The notes under the pieces are model-generated. The model saw only the letters and a program-made list of their open reading frames with translations. It ran no database searches and had not been told where the DNA came from. From Corynebacterium glutamicum ATCC 13032 (GTDB taxonomy: Bacteria; Actinomycetota; Actinomycetes; Mycobacteriales; Mycobacteriaceae): a DNA stretch of 32,000 nucleotides. Both the position numbers and the translations under genes were made by a program. Positions 1 to 8,024 of the stretch are shown in pieces; the first letter of the stretch is position 1, and the number at the start of each line of letters is the position of its first letter. The stretch lies in the NCBI RefSeq assembly GCF_000011325.1, contig NC_003450.3:3277402-3309401 (forward strand). The letters run 5' to 3'.

Positions 1-3000
1 TCCCAAGTCCATCGGGTAAAGAACTGTCCGGCGTTAGAACCCCACATAGCAAGATCTGGAAGTAGATTTGTTGCAAGGGTAGAGAATGGCTTGGCACTAC
101 CTGGGTTGACGATATAAAAGCCCTGGTTGTCATGTTCCGGGGTCGGGAACATTGACGGTAACTGGTATCGACGCTGGTTCAATGAAACATGGAAGTATGT
201 CTGTTGAGGGAAAAATGGACGATACAAGGACATTTGGATGCTGCTTGGATCAAAAGAAAAAGTATCACCGCGTGACAAGGACATTTTTAGATTGGAATCC
301 CAGGATATTTTCTTGCTATCCGCTAAATCAGGGTTCTGCTTAAGGAATTGATTAACGTCAGCTTCCTTAGGAGATGTCACTCCGTTATCCACAACCCACG
401 AATTAAACCGTTGCTGAGCTTGTTCATAGGTTTCTAATAACCGGGTGATATTAGTTTTTACCTGCGCAGATGTTGGCCCATAGCACCAGGCATCGCGGCC
501 AGTCTTTAGACCAGCAGAAAAGGTTTGAAAAACCTTTAATGCAGATTTGTTTTTCTTATCACCGAGTACAGGCCAGGTATCAAAATCTACAGAGCGCTGG
601 CTGATCCAATCTCCATATTCATTAGGCGAAATAGTCTGCCACTCAGCGCCCTCAATTGTGGCAACGGCAATCTCGTTCAACTTCGCATCCGCGCTGAGAT
701 TGTCACCAATATCTTTATAAAGAATCCTGCAACCAGACAATTGTGGGTTTTTCACGGCAACAATGATTTGAGTACCCACACGGACATTAAAGACGTTGCC
801 GCCCTCGCGCTTAGCCAAATCACCACCTGTTCGGGAATTGCCACGAAGGTTGAAAACATAAATCTCGGAGAAGTCCTGTGCCAAACTTAGGCGCACACCA
901 TCAGCGGTATTGCCGTCAACCCAACCGTTGTTAGAAACAAAAGCAACAACCCCTTGTGTGTGAATACGATCTGTTGCCCACCGGAAAGCACGTAAATAGG
1001 AGTCGTACAGAGAGTTCTTATTTGTTGCGGTCGAATACTTCGCATAAGAATCTTCAATACGTCGATCAAGAGTGGGGTACTTGAGGTTTGCGTTATTGTC
1101 ATTCGCACTCGATTGCCCCACAGAGTAAGGCGGGTTACCCACAATAACCTGTACAGGAGTAAGTCTCTGACGCTCCATACGGTCATTGTTAGCAGTAAAA
1201 ACATCTAGATCGAGTTTGTCATCGTCTTCATACATCTGGAAGGTATCACCCAACACAATGCCATCAAACGGCTCATAGACCGGCGCATCTTCACCATTAC
1301 GCAGAGCACGCTCTCCCTCGAGACCAAAATAAGTGGTCTCAATGTTAACGGCCGCAACATAATAGGCAAGCAACATGATCTCAGTAGCGTGCAGCTCATT
1401 GGCATATTTACGGGCCAAATCTTCAGGCTTAATTAGACCTGACTGCAATAAACGCACCATAAAAGTACCCGTACCGGTGAAAGGATCAAGAACATGGACA
1501 TCTTTATCGCTTAAGCCACGACCAAAATGCTTCTTGGACACATCATCGGCAGCTCGCAGAATAAAGTCCACGATCTCAACAGGGGTATAGACAATACCTA
1601 GAGCTTCAGATTGCTTTTTAAAGGCCTTTTTAAAGAATCGTTCGTAGAGGTCTTTAATTACTGCTTGTTTACCAGCTGCGGAGCTTACTTCAGCAGCACG
1701 GATACGAACAGAGTCATAGAACTTCTCAAGTTTTTCCGTTTCAGAGTTAAGTTCAGCACTATTAAGAGCATCTGCCATGCGTTGCATAACCTGGGAAACA
1801 GGGTTTTGCTTAGCGAAGCTTGATTCAGCAAATAGAGCGTCAAACACTGGTGCGGTGATCAGATGCTGTGACAACATGCTGATTGCCTCGTCGTCAGAGA
1901 TGGACTCATTGAGGTTGCCACGTAGACCTTCAACAAATCGCTCGAACTCTTCTTTGATCGTTGGTGAAGCATTGTCTAAGAGCGCTTTAATACGGGTTAT
2001 TTGTGCTTGGGCGATGTCAGCAACATCATCTGCCCAATCTTCCCAGTAGGTTCGGGTACCAACTTTATCTACAAGCTTGGTGTAGATCGCTTCTTGCCAC
2101 TGTTCTAAAGAGAACAGTACGTATTGTGTAGCGGATTCAGCACTGTCATAGGGTGCGTTATCTCTATCTTTACTTGTAGGGCCAGTATGCTCAGTCTCAA
2201 CAGGTAGATCCTTAATATTTCCCTCATTGAGCGCAATGGAGTTCACCATTGCGTTAAAACGGTCATCGTGAGCACGAAGGGCGTTAAGAACCTGCCATAC
2301 AACCTTGAAGCGGCGTGAATCATTTAACGCAGCTGATGGTGCAACACCTGGGGGAACAGCAACTGGCAAGATGATATATCCGTAATTCTTACCTGGAGAT
2401 TTACGCATAACTCGGCCAACCGACTGAACCACATCCACCATGGAATTACGGGGATTAAAGAAGATTACGGAATCCAAAGCCGGTACATCGACACCCTCAG
2501 AAAGGCAGCGCGCGTTAGTAAGAATCTTGGTTTCCATTGACTGGGTAGGAGCTTTAAGCCAAGTTAAACGAGAGTTTCGTTCCAGCGCATTCATTGATCC
2601 ATCGACATGCTGGCATGCCACGCTCAAATTGAGGTTGTGCTCATCTACGTCATCGTTTTTAACCTCAAGCTCAGTCGTATAAGCATTGACAACTCGTGGA
2701 AAAGACTCCGCGATTTGCTGAGAAGTCTTAATGTCTCGCGCAAATGCAACAGCTCGTTCCATTGCTGCGTCAGAGCTTGAGAAACCAGTCTTGGTGTCTT
2801 GCTCTTTACCCGAACGCTTTGCCAAGCCATTCCACGCGCCAATAATTGCGGAAGTCATGTCCAGAGTGAGTTCTTCACCAGGTGTTGAACCCAAAACAGT
2901 TAAGGCACTGGCTGCAACTTGCTCATCAACTGTCATCACTACAACTTTGTAGTCAGTAAGCAGGCCTTTTTCTACTGCTTCCCCAAAACCCAGCCGGTGA

Positions 3001-4208
3001 AATTCGGGTCCGTAGATTGCTTCATCATCCATGGAAGAAACTTCAGCTGAATGATCTGCAGCCTTGCCCTTCACGGAGTCGTCGAAAAGCCTTGGGGTTG
3101 CCGTCATGTACAGCCGCTTTGCTGCCTTGATATAAGAAGCGTCATGAATGCGGGTGAAGTTTGAAGGGTCTTCTCCAGCCAAGGTGATGCCTGTGGTGCG
3201 GTGGGCTTCATCGCAGATGACAAGATCAAAGGGCTCAGCCCCAGCTTCTTGAGCCGCGTGAACAGCAGGAAGGGACTGGTAAGTAGAGAACACCACGGTC
3301 AATCCTGCTGCTCGCTTACGATGCTCCAGTTTTTCCGCAATCAATGCACCATCAGTACTTACCGGAACTTCAAGATCATAAGCAGCAATATCTTCTGCAG
3401 CCTTGGAGACCTTGGAGTCAGAACATACGGCGACAGGACGAAGATCCATTGTCTTTTGTGCAGTCCACTCTTTGAGTGTTTGCGAAAGCAAGCTGATGGA
3501 AGGGACTAGAAAAAGAATGCGAGCTTTATTGCCATTGAGTCGCGCAACCTCTTCAGAAAGACGCAGGGCAGTAAAGGTTTTTCCGGTACCGCAAGCCATG
3601 ATGAGCTTGCCACGGTCATGAGTTTGGAAGCCTTCAATTGCTTTTTCAATAGCAGTTTGCTGGTGAGGACGAGGGCTATACGGCTCTTTAAGCTGCAGGT
3701 TAATAGTTAATTCAGAACCTGGATAGGCAATATCCCAGTCAATCGGGGATTCCGCAATTGCAGATAGACCAATGCGGTTAGTTGGAATGGTTTGGTTCTC
3801 CAACATCTTTTCCGCATTTGAACTCCACTTATCAGTAGTGGAAATAACGAGTCTATTGCTAAAGGAGCGTGTTCCTTCAGGGGTTTCAAAAGTGCGTCCC
3901 GAGGCTTCAAAGAAGGAATCTAGCTGTCCTTTTGCCAGGGAAGTAGTGGGAAGATAAAACTTGCACTGGATCGCCGTATAAGCATCATCGTCCTTGTTAT
4001 AAGCCACTAAGTCGATGCCAGTATCCATGGTGCCACCGTTATATGGCCAATCGACCCAACGATGGACTTCATCAAACTCAGTGGAGAGAGTGGGGTCAGA
4101 CTTAATGAAGTTGACCATGAGTTTTTCAAAAGCCAAACCCTGCGCAGACTGGGAAGGCAGTGTGCGCAGGGCGGATACAGCATCAGTAATCGTGGACATG
4201 CATTCCAT
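1..4208 (-). CDS. Type ISP-like single-polypeptide restriction-modification enzyme (Mrr-type nuclease + SF2 DEAH ATPase/translocase + gamma-class N6-adenine methyltransferase + start of specificity domain); 3' end lies beyond the left window edge
   Basis: Absent from the supplied ORF track because no stop codon falls inside the window. Manual minus-strand translation from ATG 4208 (in-frame alternative ATG 4199; AGGA just upstream) stays open for 1,402 codons down to position 1. Motifs checked in frame by coordinate: N-terminal Mrr-like 'DTGIDLVAY...AIQCKFY'; Walker A 'MACGTGKT' (3576-3590); 'DEAH' (3201-3212); 'MTATP'; 'QSVGRVMR'; AdoMet motif 'VLDPFTGTGTF' (1461-1487); catalytic 'NPPY' (1125-1136). 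The distal part ('SLYRPFF...') resembles Type ISP/IIG specificity regions. Confidence 0.85.
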   Translation of the reverse strand, partial: MECMSTITDAVSALRTLPSQSAQGLAFEKLMVNFIKSDPTLSTEFDEVHRWVDWPYNGGTMDTGIDLVAYNKDDDAYTAIQCKFYLPTTSLAKGQLDSFFEASGRTFETPEGTRSFSNRLVISTTDKWSSNAEKMLENQTIPTNRIGLSAIAESPIDWDIAYPGSELTINLQLKEPYSPRPHQQTAIEKAIEGFQTHDRGKLIMACGTGKTFTALRLSEEVARLNGNKARILFLVPSISLLSQTLKEWTAQKTMDLRPVAVCSDSKVSKAAEDIAAYDLEVPVSTDGALIAEKLEHRKRAAGLTVVFSTYQSLPAVHAAQEAGAEPFDLVICDEAHRTTGITLAGEDPSNFTRIHDASYIKAAKRLYMTATPRLFDDSVKGKAADHSAEVSSMDDEAIYGPEFHRLGFGEAVEKGLLTDYKVVVMTVDEQVAASALTVLGSTPGEELTLDMTSAIIGAWNGLAKRSGKEQDTKTGFSSSDAAMERAVAFARDIKTSQQIAESFPRVVNAYTTELEVKNDDVDEHNLNLSVACQHVDGSMNALERNSRLTWLKAPTQSMETKILTNARCLSEGVDVPALDSVIFFNPRNSMVDVVQSVGRVMRKSPGKNYGYIILPVAVPPGVAPSAALNDSRRFKVVWQVLNALRAHDDRFNAMVNSIALNEGNIKDLPVETEHTGPTSKDRDNAPYDSAESATQYVLFSLEQWQEAIYTKLVDKVGTRTYWEDWADDVADIAQAQITRIKALLDNASPTIKEEFERFVEGLRGNLNESISDDEAISMLSQHLITAPVFDALFAESSFAKQNPVSQVMQRMADALNSAELNSETEKLEKFYDSVRIRAAEVSSAAGKQAVIKDLYERFFKKAFKKQSEALGIVYTPVEIVDFILRAADDVSKKHFGRGLSDKDVHVLDPFTGTGTFMVRLLQSGLIKPEDLARKYANELHATEIMLLAYYVAAVNIETTYFGLEGERALRNGEDAPVYEPFDGIVLGDTFQMYEDDDKLDLDVFTANNDRMERQRLTPVQVIVGNPPYSVGQSSANDNNANLKYPTLDRRIEDSYAKYSTATNKNSLYDSYLRAFRWATDRIHTQGVVAFVSNNGWVDGNTADGVRLSLAQDFSEIYVFNLRGNSRTGGDLAKREGGNVFNVRVGTQIIVAVKNPQLSGCRILYKDIGDNLSADAKLNEIAVATIEGAEWQTISPNEYGDWISQRSVDFDTWPVLGDKKNKSALKVFQTFSAGLKTGRDAWCYGPTSAQVKTNITRLLETYEQAQQRFNSWVVDNGVTSPKEADVNQFLKQNPDLADSKKISWDSNLKMSLSRGDTFSFDPSSIQMSLYRPFFPQQTYFHVSLNQRRYQLPSMFPTPEHDNQGFYIVNPGSAKPFSTLATNLLPDLAMWGSNAGQFFTRWTW

Positions 4209-4262
4209 TGTGTCCTATTCACTCAAAGGACATGTCCATTTGGTGGTCTTAGATTCGAAGTG

Positions 4263-4772
4263 CTACTTCAGGCTAACGAGCCAGCCGGTGCGGGAGGATT
4301 CCTTCTGGAAGCACTGCTCGCAAACGTCTTCTGGGATGACGCCGTAGCGCATGAGCTTGCCGAATCCCCAGCAACCGAGGCAGATACCAAAGACGGATTC
4401 TAAGGTGGCTGCTGCGATGAGCATGACTAGGACTACGGAAGCTGCAACGTTAAATCCAAAGGCCATAAGGATAAGGGAAGTACCGCTAAAGCCCAGGCCG
4501 ATGGTCTGCGCGAAGCGCTTTGGTGGGCCAGGGGTCAGGATCGGTGCTTTCTTCAGCAGTGGTACAAGTACGTGTACTGAAAGACGTCCAAAGGGGGAGT
4601 AACGGGGTCCGCCGGCGACGCGCAATGCGAAGCCGAAGGTCAAGATGCTTGCCAAAATAATACGAAGGTCACCAGAGGCAAAAAGCGTGGCGGCGCTCAG
4701 CAAAACAACCAAACCCGCAGTGCAGCGAGCTGCATATTCGTTAACGGGGTTAGGGAAATCAAAAACGGCCAT
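4263..4772 (-). CDS. DUF4395-family integral membrane protein
   Basis: 169-aa track ORF with several hydrophobic helices. 'PPKRFAQTIGLGF' and the C-terminal 'CLGCWGF' resemble DUF4395 proteins. G+C looks core-like. Its stop is 54 nt upstream of the RM gene start, with no hairpin between them. Confidence 0.65.
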   Translation of the reverse strand: MAVFDFPNPVNEYAARCTAGLVVLLSAATLFASGDLRIILASILTFGFALRVAGGPRYSPFGRLSVHVLVPLLKKAPILTPGPPKRFAQTIGLGFSGTSLILMAFGFNVAASVVLVMLIAAATLESVFGICLGCWGFGKLMRYGVIPEDVCEQCFQKESSRTGWLVSLK

Positions 4773-4889
4773 CGCTGGGTTCTCCTGTAGAGAGGTAATA
4801 AATTCTTAAAACTAATCACTTATGAACTAGTTGTTCTATGAAGCATAGACCTATTGGTCTACTTAGGCAATAGGTGCTTTAAGCAGCGG

Positions 4890-4925
4890 AAATCCCCGTG
4901 TTAGCAGTCACTAACACGGGGATTT
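4890..4925 (-). terminator. 15-bp perfect stem-loop just downstream of the thiD remnant (possible tail-less terminator)
   Basis: aaatccccgtgttag (4890-4904) pairs perfectly with ctaacacggggattt (4911-4925) around a 6-nt loop. There is no clear U-tract on the minus strand, so function is uncertain. Confidence 0.4.
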
Positions 4926-4943
4926 GATCGGTATTTTAAAACT

Positions 4944-5354
4944 CTACTTGTTGTCCTCAGCAAGCCATACGGAGGTAAAAGGTGCGTTGGATGCAACAGC
5001 ATCTTGAACCGCACGGGTAACCACACGCTTTGCGGTTGCCACTGCGTCTACAACCTCAGCACCCTTTGCGAGCTCTGCGGTGATAACAGCTGCGAAGGTG
5101 CAGCCTGCGCCGGAAACGCGCTCTTCACCAATCTTTGGCTCAGAGAAGACGTGGTAGGAGGATCCGTCGAAAAGCACATCCACGGCGTTCTCGCCGGGGA
5201 AGTCCATGCCACCCTTGACGACTACGTACTGGGGGCCTTGCTCATAAATGAGGCGGGCAGCCTCCTTGAGGTCCTCGACGGTCTCAAGCTTCTCAAGGCC
5301 GGAGAGGGTGGAAGCCTCGAAGTTATTTGGGGTAACGACGGTTGCTTGAGGCAG
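4944..5354 (-). pseudogene. 3' remnant of a thiD (HMP/HMP-P kinase) paralogue, corresponding to the C-terminal half only
   Basis: From 'LPQATVVTPNNFEA...' to the stop, the track ORF 4944..5546 aligns residue-for-residue with the C-terminal half of the intact ThiD at 9990..10790. That includes the shared end 'ASNAPFTSVWLAEDNK'. The first ~65 codons of the track ORF are simply antisense to the 5342..5704 ORF and have no ThiD similarity. The N-terminal half of ThiD is missing. Confidence 0.8.
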
Positions 5355-5704
5355 AAGTTCTACCCCTTGATCTTTCCCCGTTGTGGAATAAAGTTCACAC
5401 CATCGTATCTTCAATCCCTGCAGGTCATTGGGCGAGTTACGGAGATGTTGCAGTGGCAGCCGGAACAAATGCTCAGTCCATTGGTAACCATCTTGCTGAA
5501 CACCCAGTACTAAACGCTCATCGAGTTCTAAGAACAGATGGGTCAATCTCAGATGGTTTCAGATGGTTAAACGCTGAGGAAACCCGCTCACCAAAAGAAG
5601 TATTGGAAAGTGAAGGTGTGGAATTTACTTCTTCCAATAGGGCAAACCCTCAACAGCGATTGACTCCAGAGGAATTGCTCGCCTTCTTTGCAGCTGAGAA
5701 TTAA
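5342..5704 (+). CDS. Alkyltransferase-like (MGMT/Ogt DNA-binding fold, no catalytic Cys) small protein
   Basis: 'WNKVHTIVSSIPAGHWASYGDVAVAAGTNAQSIGNHL...NAHRVLRTDGSIS' follows the helix-turn-helix and PCHRV-loop layout of the MGMT C-terminal domain. The active-site 'PCHRV' reads 'NAHRV' here. Only TTG starts are available (5342 or 5381). The 5' end abuts the thiD remnant junction. G+C is low, about 42-53% in hand-counted lines. Confidence 0.6.
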   Translation: MLEAEVLPLDLSPLWNKVHTIVSSIPAGHWASYGDVAVAAGTNAQSIGNHLAEHPVLNAHRVLRTDGSISDGFRWLNAEETRSPKEVLESEGVEFTSSNRANPQQRLTPEELLAFFAAEN

Positions 5705-5718
5705 CTCACCCTTGCCCT

Positions 5719-5737
5719 TATACCCCATAGGGGTATA
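5719..5737. promoter_or_regulatory. CsoR-type operator candidate, TATACCC-N5-GGGTATA
   Basis: tataccccataggggtata has 8-bp perfect arms around ATA. It lies 43 nt upstream of the copZ-like ATG at 5780. The same architecture and spacing recur at 11223-11241. The right arm overlaps a TATAGC -10-like hexamer. Confidence 0.55.
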
Positions 5738-5779
5738 GCCTTGAGGGAGAGAGTACTTCACCTGAAAGGGGCCAGTGAC

Positions 5780-5986
5780 ATGGCATTAAAGAACTACACC
5801 GTTGAGGGCATGACCTGCGCACACTGCGTGGCATCGGTAACTGAAGAGGTAAGCGAAGTTAATGGCGTTAGCGCTGTTGACGTCACTCTAGAATCAGGAA
5901 ACGTCGCTGTCAGTGGCGAAGGTTTCAGCGATGCAGAGATCCAGGCTGCTGTAGAGGAAGCCGGCTACAAGATCGTTGCCTCCTAA
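5780..5986 (+). CDS. copZ: Heavy-metal-associated (HMA) domain copper chaperone, CopZ-like
   Basis: 68 aa from ATG 5780 (the track ORF starts further upstream at 5741). 'MALKNYTVEGMTCAHCV' carries the GMTCxxC metal-binding motif. An AAAGGGG ribosome-binding site lies upstream. Confidence 0.85.
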   Translation: MALKNYTVEGMTCAHCVASVTEEVSEVNGVSAVDVTLESGNVAVSGEGFSDAEIQAAVEEAGYKIVAS

Positions 5987-6003
5987 AGCACCCAAGAACA
6001 TTT

Positions 6004-6054
6004 AAAAACCTGCCTCTTCACCATTTTATACCTGGTGAAGAGGCAGGTTTTTTC
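6004..6054. terminator. Bidirectional intrinsic terminator between copZ-like (+) and the MFS remnant (-)
   Basis: acctgcctcttcacc / ggtgaagaggcaggt form a perfect 15-bp stem. An A-run sits on the left and a T-run on the right. Confidence 0.8.
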
Positions 6055-6069
6055 GTCGAAAAGCGTGGT

Positions 6070-6909
6070 TTAACCCGGGTTGACCAGCACCTTTGGTGCC
6101 TTAATGGCCGGGGTTGCGGTGACAAAAACTGGGGAGGTTTCAGGAATGAAGCGGGACGCGGTGAAGGCGAAGAGCGCAATGATGATCATGTATACCGCAG
6201 GGGCCAGCGGGCTGCCGGTCCAGGAGACCAATGCGGTGGAGATAAATGGAGCCGAGCCGCCGAAGATTGCGTAAGTGACGTTGTAGGTAATGCCGGCGGA
6301 AGTACCGCGGGTGACCTCTTGGAAGACCTCGGCCATCATTACTGAGGTAACGCAGTTAGCGGTAACCGCGCCGATTCCAAGCATTACCTGCGCAATCAAA
6401 GAAGCAGTCAAAGTACCTTGACCTGCAATGATGTAGGCCGGGATCGCCATAATTACTGTGCTTAAGGTAGCGAAAGCCATGATGTTCCGGCGGGGGAATT
6501 TATCAATTGCGCGGCCAACAAATGGGGCCACAATTGCTGCCATGCTGAGAGCGATGATGTTTCCAGCCAGCACTAACGTGCCCTCCAGTCCGACGGTGCT
6601 GCGCAGGAAAGTGGTCATGTACGTGGTGAAAATGTAGAAGCTCAGACCGGTGCAAGAGATAAAGCCACCTACCCGCAACATCATCTTCCACTCAGTACGC
6701 AATGCCTGCTTAATAGGAGCTTCGGGGCGTTCGGATGCGGGGCGTACATTTTCCTGGGCACCGGTGCGGATCCACCAGCCGATAAGCCCTAGTGGCACGG
6801 CCATCAGGAATGGAATGCGCCAGCCCACTCCCAACATTGACGTCGGGGCGGGCTGAACGATTGCGAAAAGGCTAGCACACACAATAAATAGAACCCCTCG
6901 CCGAAGCAT
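6070..6909 (-). pseudogene. 5'-truncated MFS (metabolite:H+ symporter-like) transporter remnant, roughly TM6-TM12
   Basis: The 279-aa ORF begins just before the 'GWRIPFL' motif that normally ends the first six-helix half of MFS/MHS transporters. No N-terminal half is present. Its nominal ATG (6909) sits in the loop of the upstream gene's terminator hairpin, so the first ~10 codons are terminator sequence. Confidence 0.6.
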
Positions 6910-6919
6910 TGGCGAGGGG
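6881..6919 (-). terminator. Intrinsic terminator of the siderophore-binding protein gene
   Basis: cccctcgcc (6894-6902) and ggcgagggg (6911-6919) form a perfect 9-bp GC stem with an 8-nt loop. On the minus strand a T-rich tract follows (plus-strand acaataaatagaa, 6881-6893). Confidence 0.75.
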
Positions 6920-6995
6920 GATGGGGACGTCGATAAGCAATTAAGCGCGGCACAAACTGCAAGGCGCTGACCAGCTCAATTGCGGGGTCGAGGGG

Positions 6996-8024
6996 CTAGG
7001 ATCCGAGGATGTTTTCGATGTCGTCGAGCACTTCATTGGCGCCGAGAGGACCCAACCCCATGAACCAGCTCTCGTCATTGACCTCCAGGGCATGACCTTC
7101 TTGGACGGCGGGGAGGTTGTGCCACAGCTCGTTGGACAAAATGTTGTCCTGCTCGGTGGCCTCGGGCTTGCCGTAGGTGGAGTAGAAAATCCAGTCGCCG
7201 TTGGCATCGGTGATGTTTTCGGGGGAGATCTCCACGGCAAGATCGTCGATATTTTGGATCTCTGGGCGAGAAAGCCCCAGGTCCTTAAGGATTGCACCGA
7301 TGAAAGAGAGGTTTCCGTACAGGCGGGTGCGACCAGGCATGAAGCGGACGAGTGAGATTTCTGGGCTGCCGTCGATGGTCTCGCGGACTGCATCGACATG
7401 GGTTTGGTACTCGTTGAGAACCTCGACGGCTTTGCCCTCGAGACCGAGCGCGTCGGCGGTGAGGAGGAAGTTTTCCTTCCAGGGGAATCCGGGGCGAATA
7501 CTCAGCACGGTTGGTGCGATTTGGGAGAGCTGATCGTAGGATTCGTCGACGCGCAGCTTGCTGCCCAGAATCAGGTCAGGCTTGAGGGCGGCGATGGCTT
7601 CGAAATTGAGCTCACTCGTGGTGCCCACAGTTTGTACATCTGCCAGCTGATTTTCGAGGTAAGCGGGCTGGCTGGAGGCGTCTTTCGGGCTGGCGATGCC
7701 GACGGGAGTCACGCCGAGGCTCAAAACCTGGTCGATTTCACCGCTGTCGAGAACCACGACTCGTTGTGGCTGCTGCTCAAGGGTAGTTTCGCCGCGTGAA
7801 TGCACAACGGTGCGGGGGAATTGGCCTGGTTCGGCGTCGCTTCCCAGAGCGGCGGTGGCGGAATCCGCTGTAGAAAATAGGCGGCCGCCGACAGCTACAT
7901 CGTCGCTGGTGCTTGTGGCTTCATCACTGGCCGTGGAACATCCTGCGATACCCAAAGCCAAAACGGTACCCACGATAACTGCGCTGCGTGAAAGCGACCT
8001 GAAGGTCGTTCGAATAGATTGCAT
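6996..8024 (-). CDS. Fe3+-siderophore ABC-type substrate-binding lipoprotein (FecB/FhuD family), orphan
   Basis: 342 aa with a signal peptide and lipobox 'LGIAGCS'. 'RVVVLDSGEIDQVLSLGVTPVG' is typical of class III periplasmic binding proteins. No permease or ATPase gene is adjacent. Confidence 0.85.
   Translation of the reverse strand: MQSIRTTFRSLSRSAVIVGTVLALGIAGCSTASDEATSTSDDVAVGGRLFSTADSATAALGSDAEPGQFPRTVVHSRGETTLEQQPQRVVVLDSGEIDQVLSLGVTPVGIASPKDASSQPAYLENQLADVQTVGTTSELNFEAIAALKPDLILGSKLRVDESYDQLSQIAPTVLSIRPGFPWKENFLLTADALGLEGKAVEVLNEYQTHVDAVRETIDGSPEISLVRFMPGRTRLYGNLSFIGAILKDLGLSRPEIQNIDDLAVEISPENITDANGDWIFYSTYGKPEATEQDNILSNELWHNLPAVQEGHALEVNDESWFMGLGPLGANEVLDDIENILGS

Noticed and set aside
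4228-4237. 10-bp palindrome GGACATGTCC just upstream of the RM gene start
   Set aside because: It is short and could occur by chance, and the flanks do not extend the symmetry. Noted only as a possible operator with no supporting evidence.
4007-4403. Short ORFs spanning the RM gene start (4007..4222, 4015..4347, 4062..4403)
   Set aside because: They overlap the well-supported RM and DUF4395 reading frames in other frames or on the other strand.
4944-5546. 200-aa ORF as an intact gene
   Set aside because: Only the C-terminal ~135 residues are ThiD-like. The first ~65 are antisense to the ATL-like ORF. Treated as a pseudogene remnant (4944-5354).
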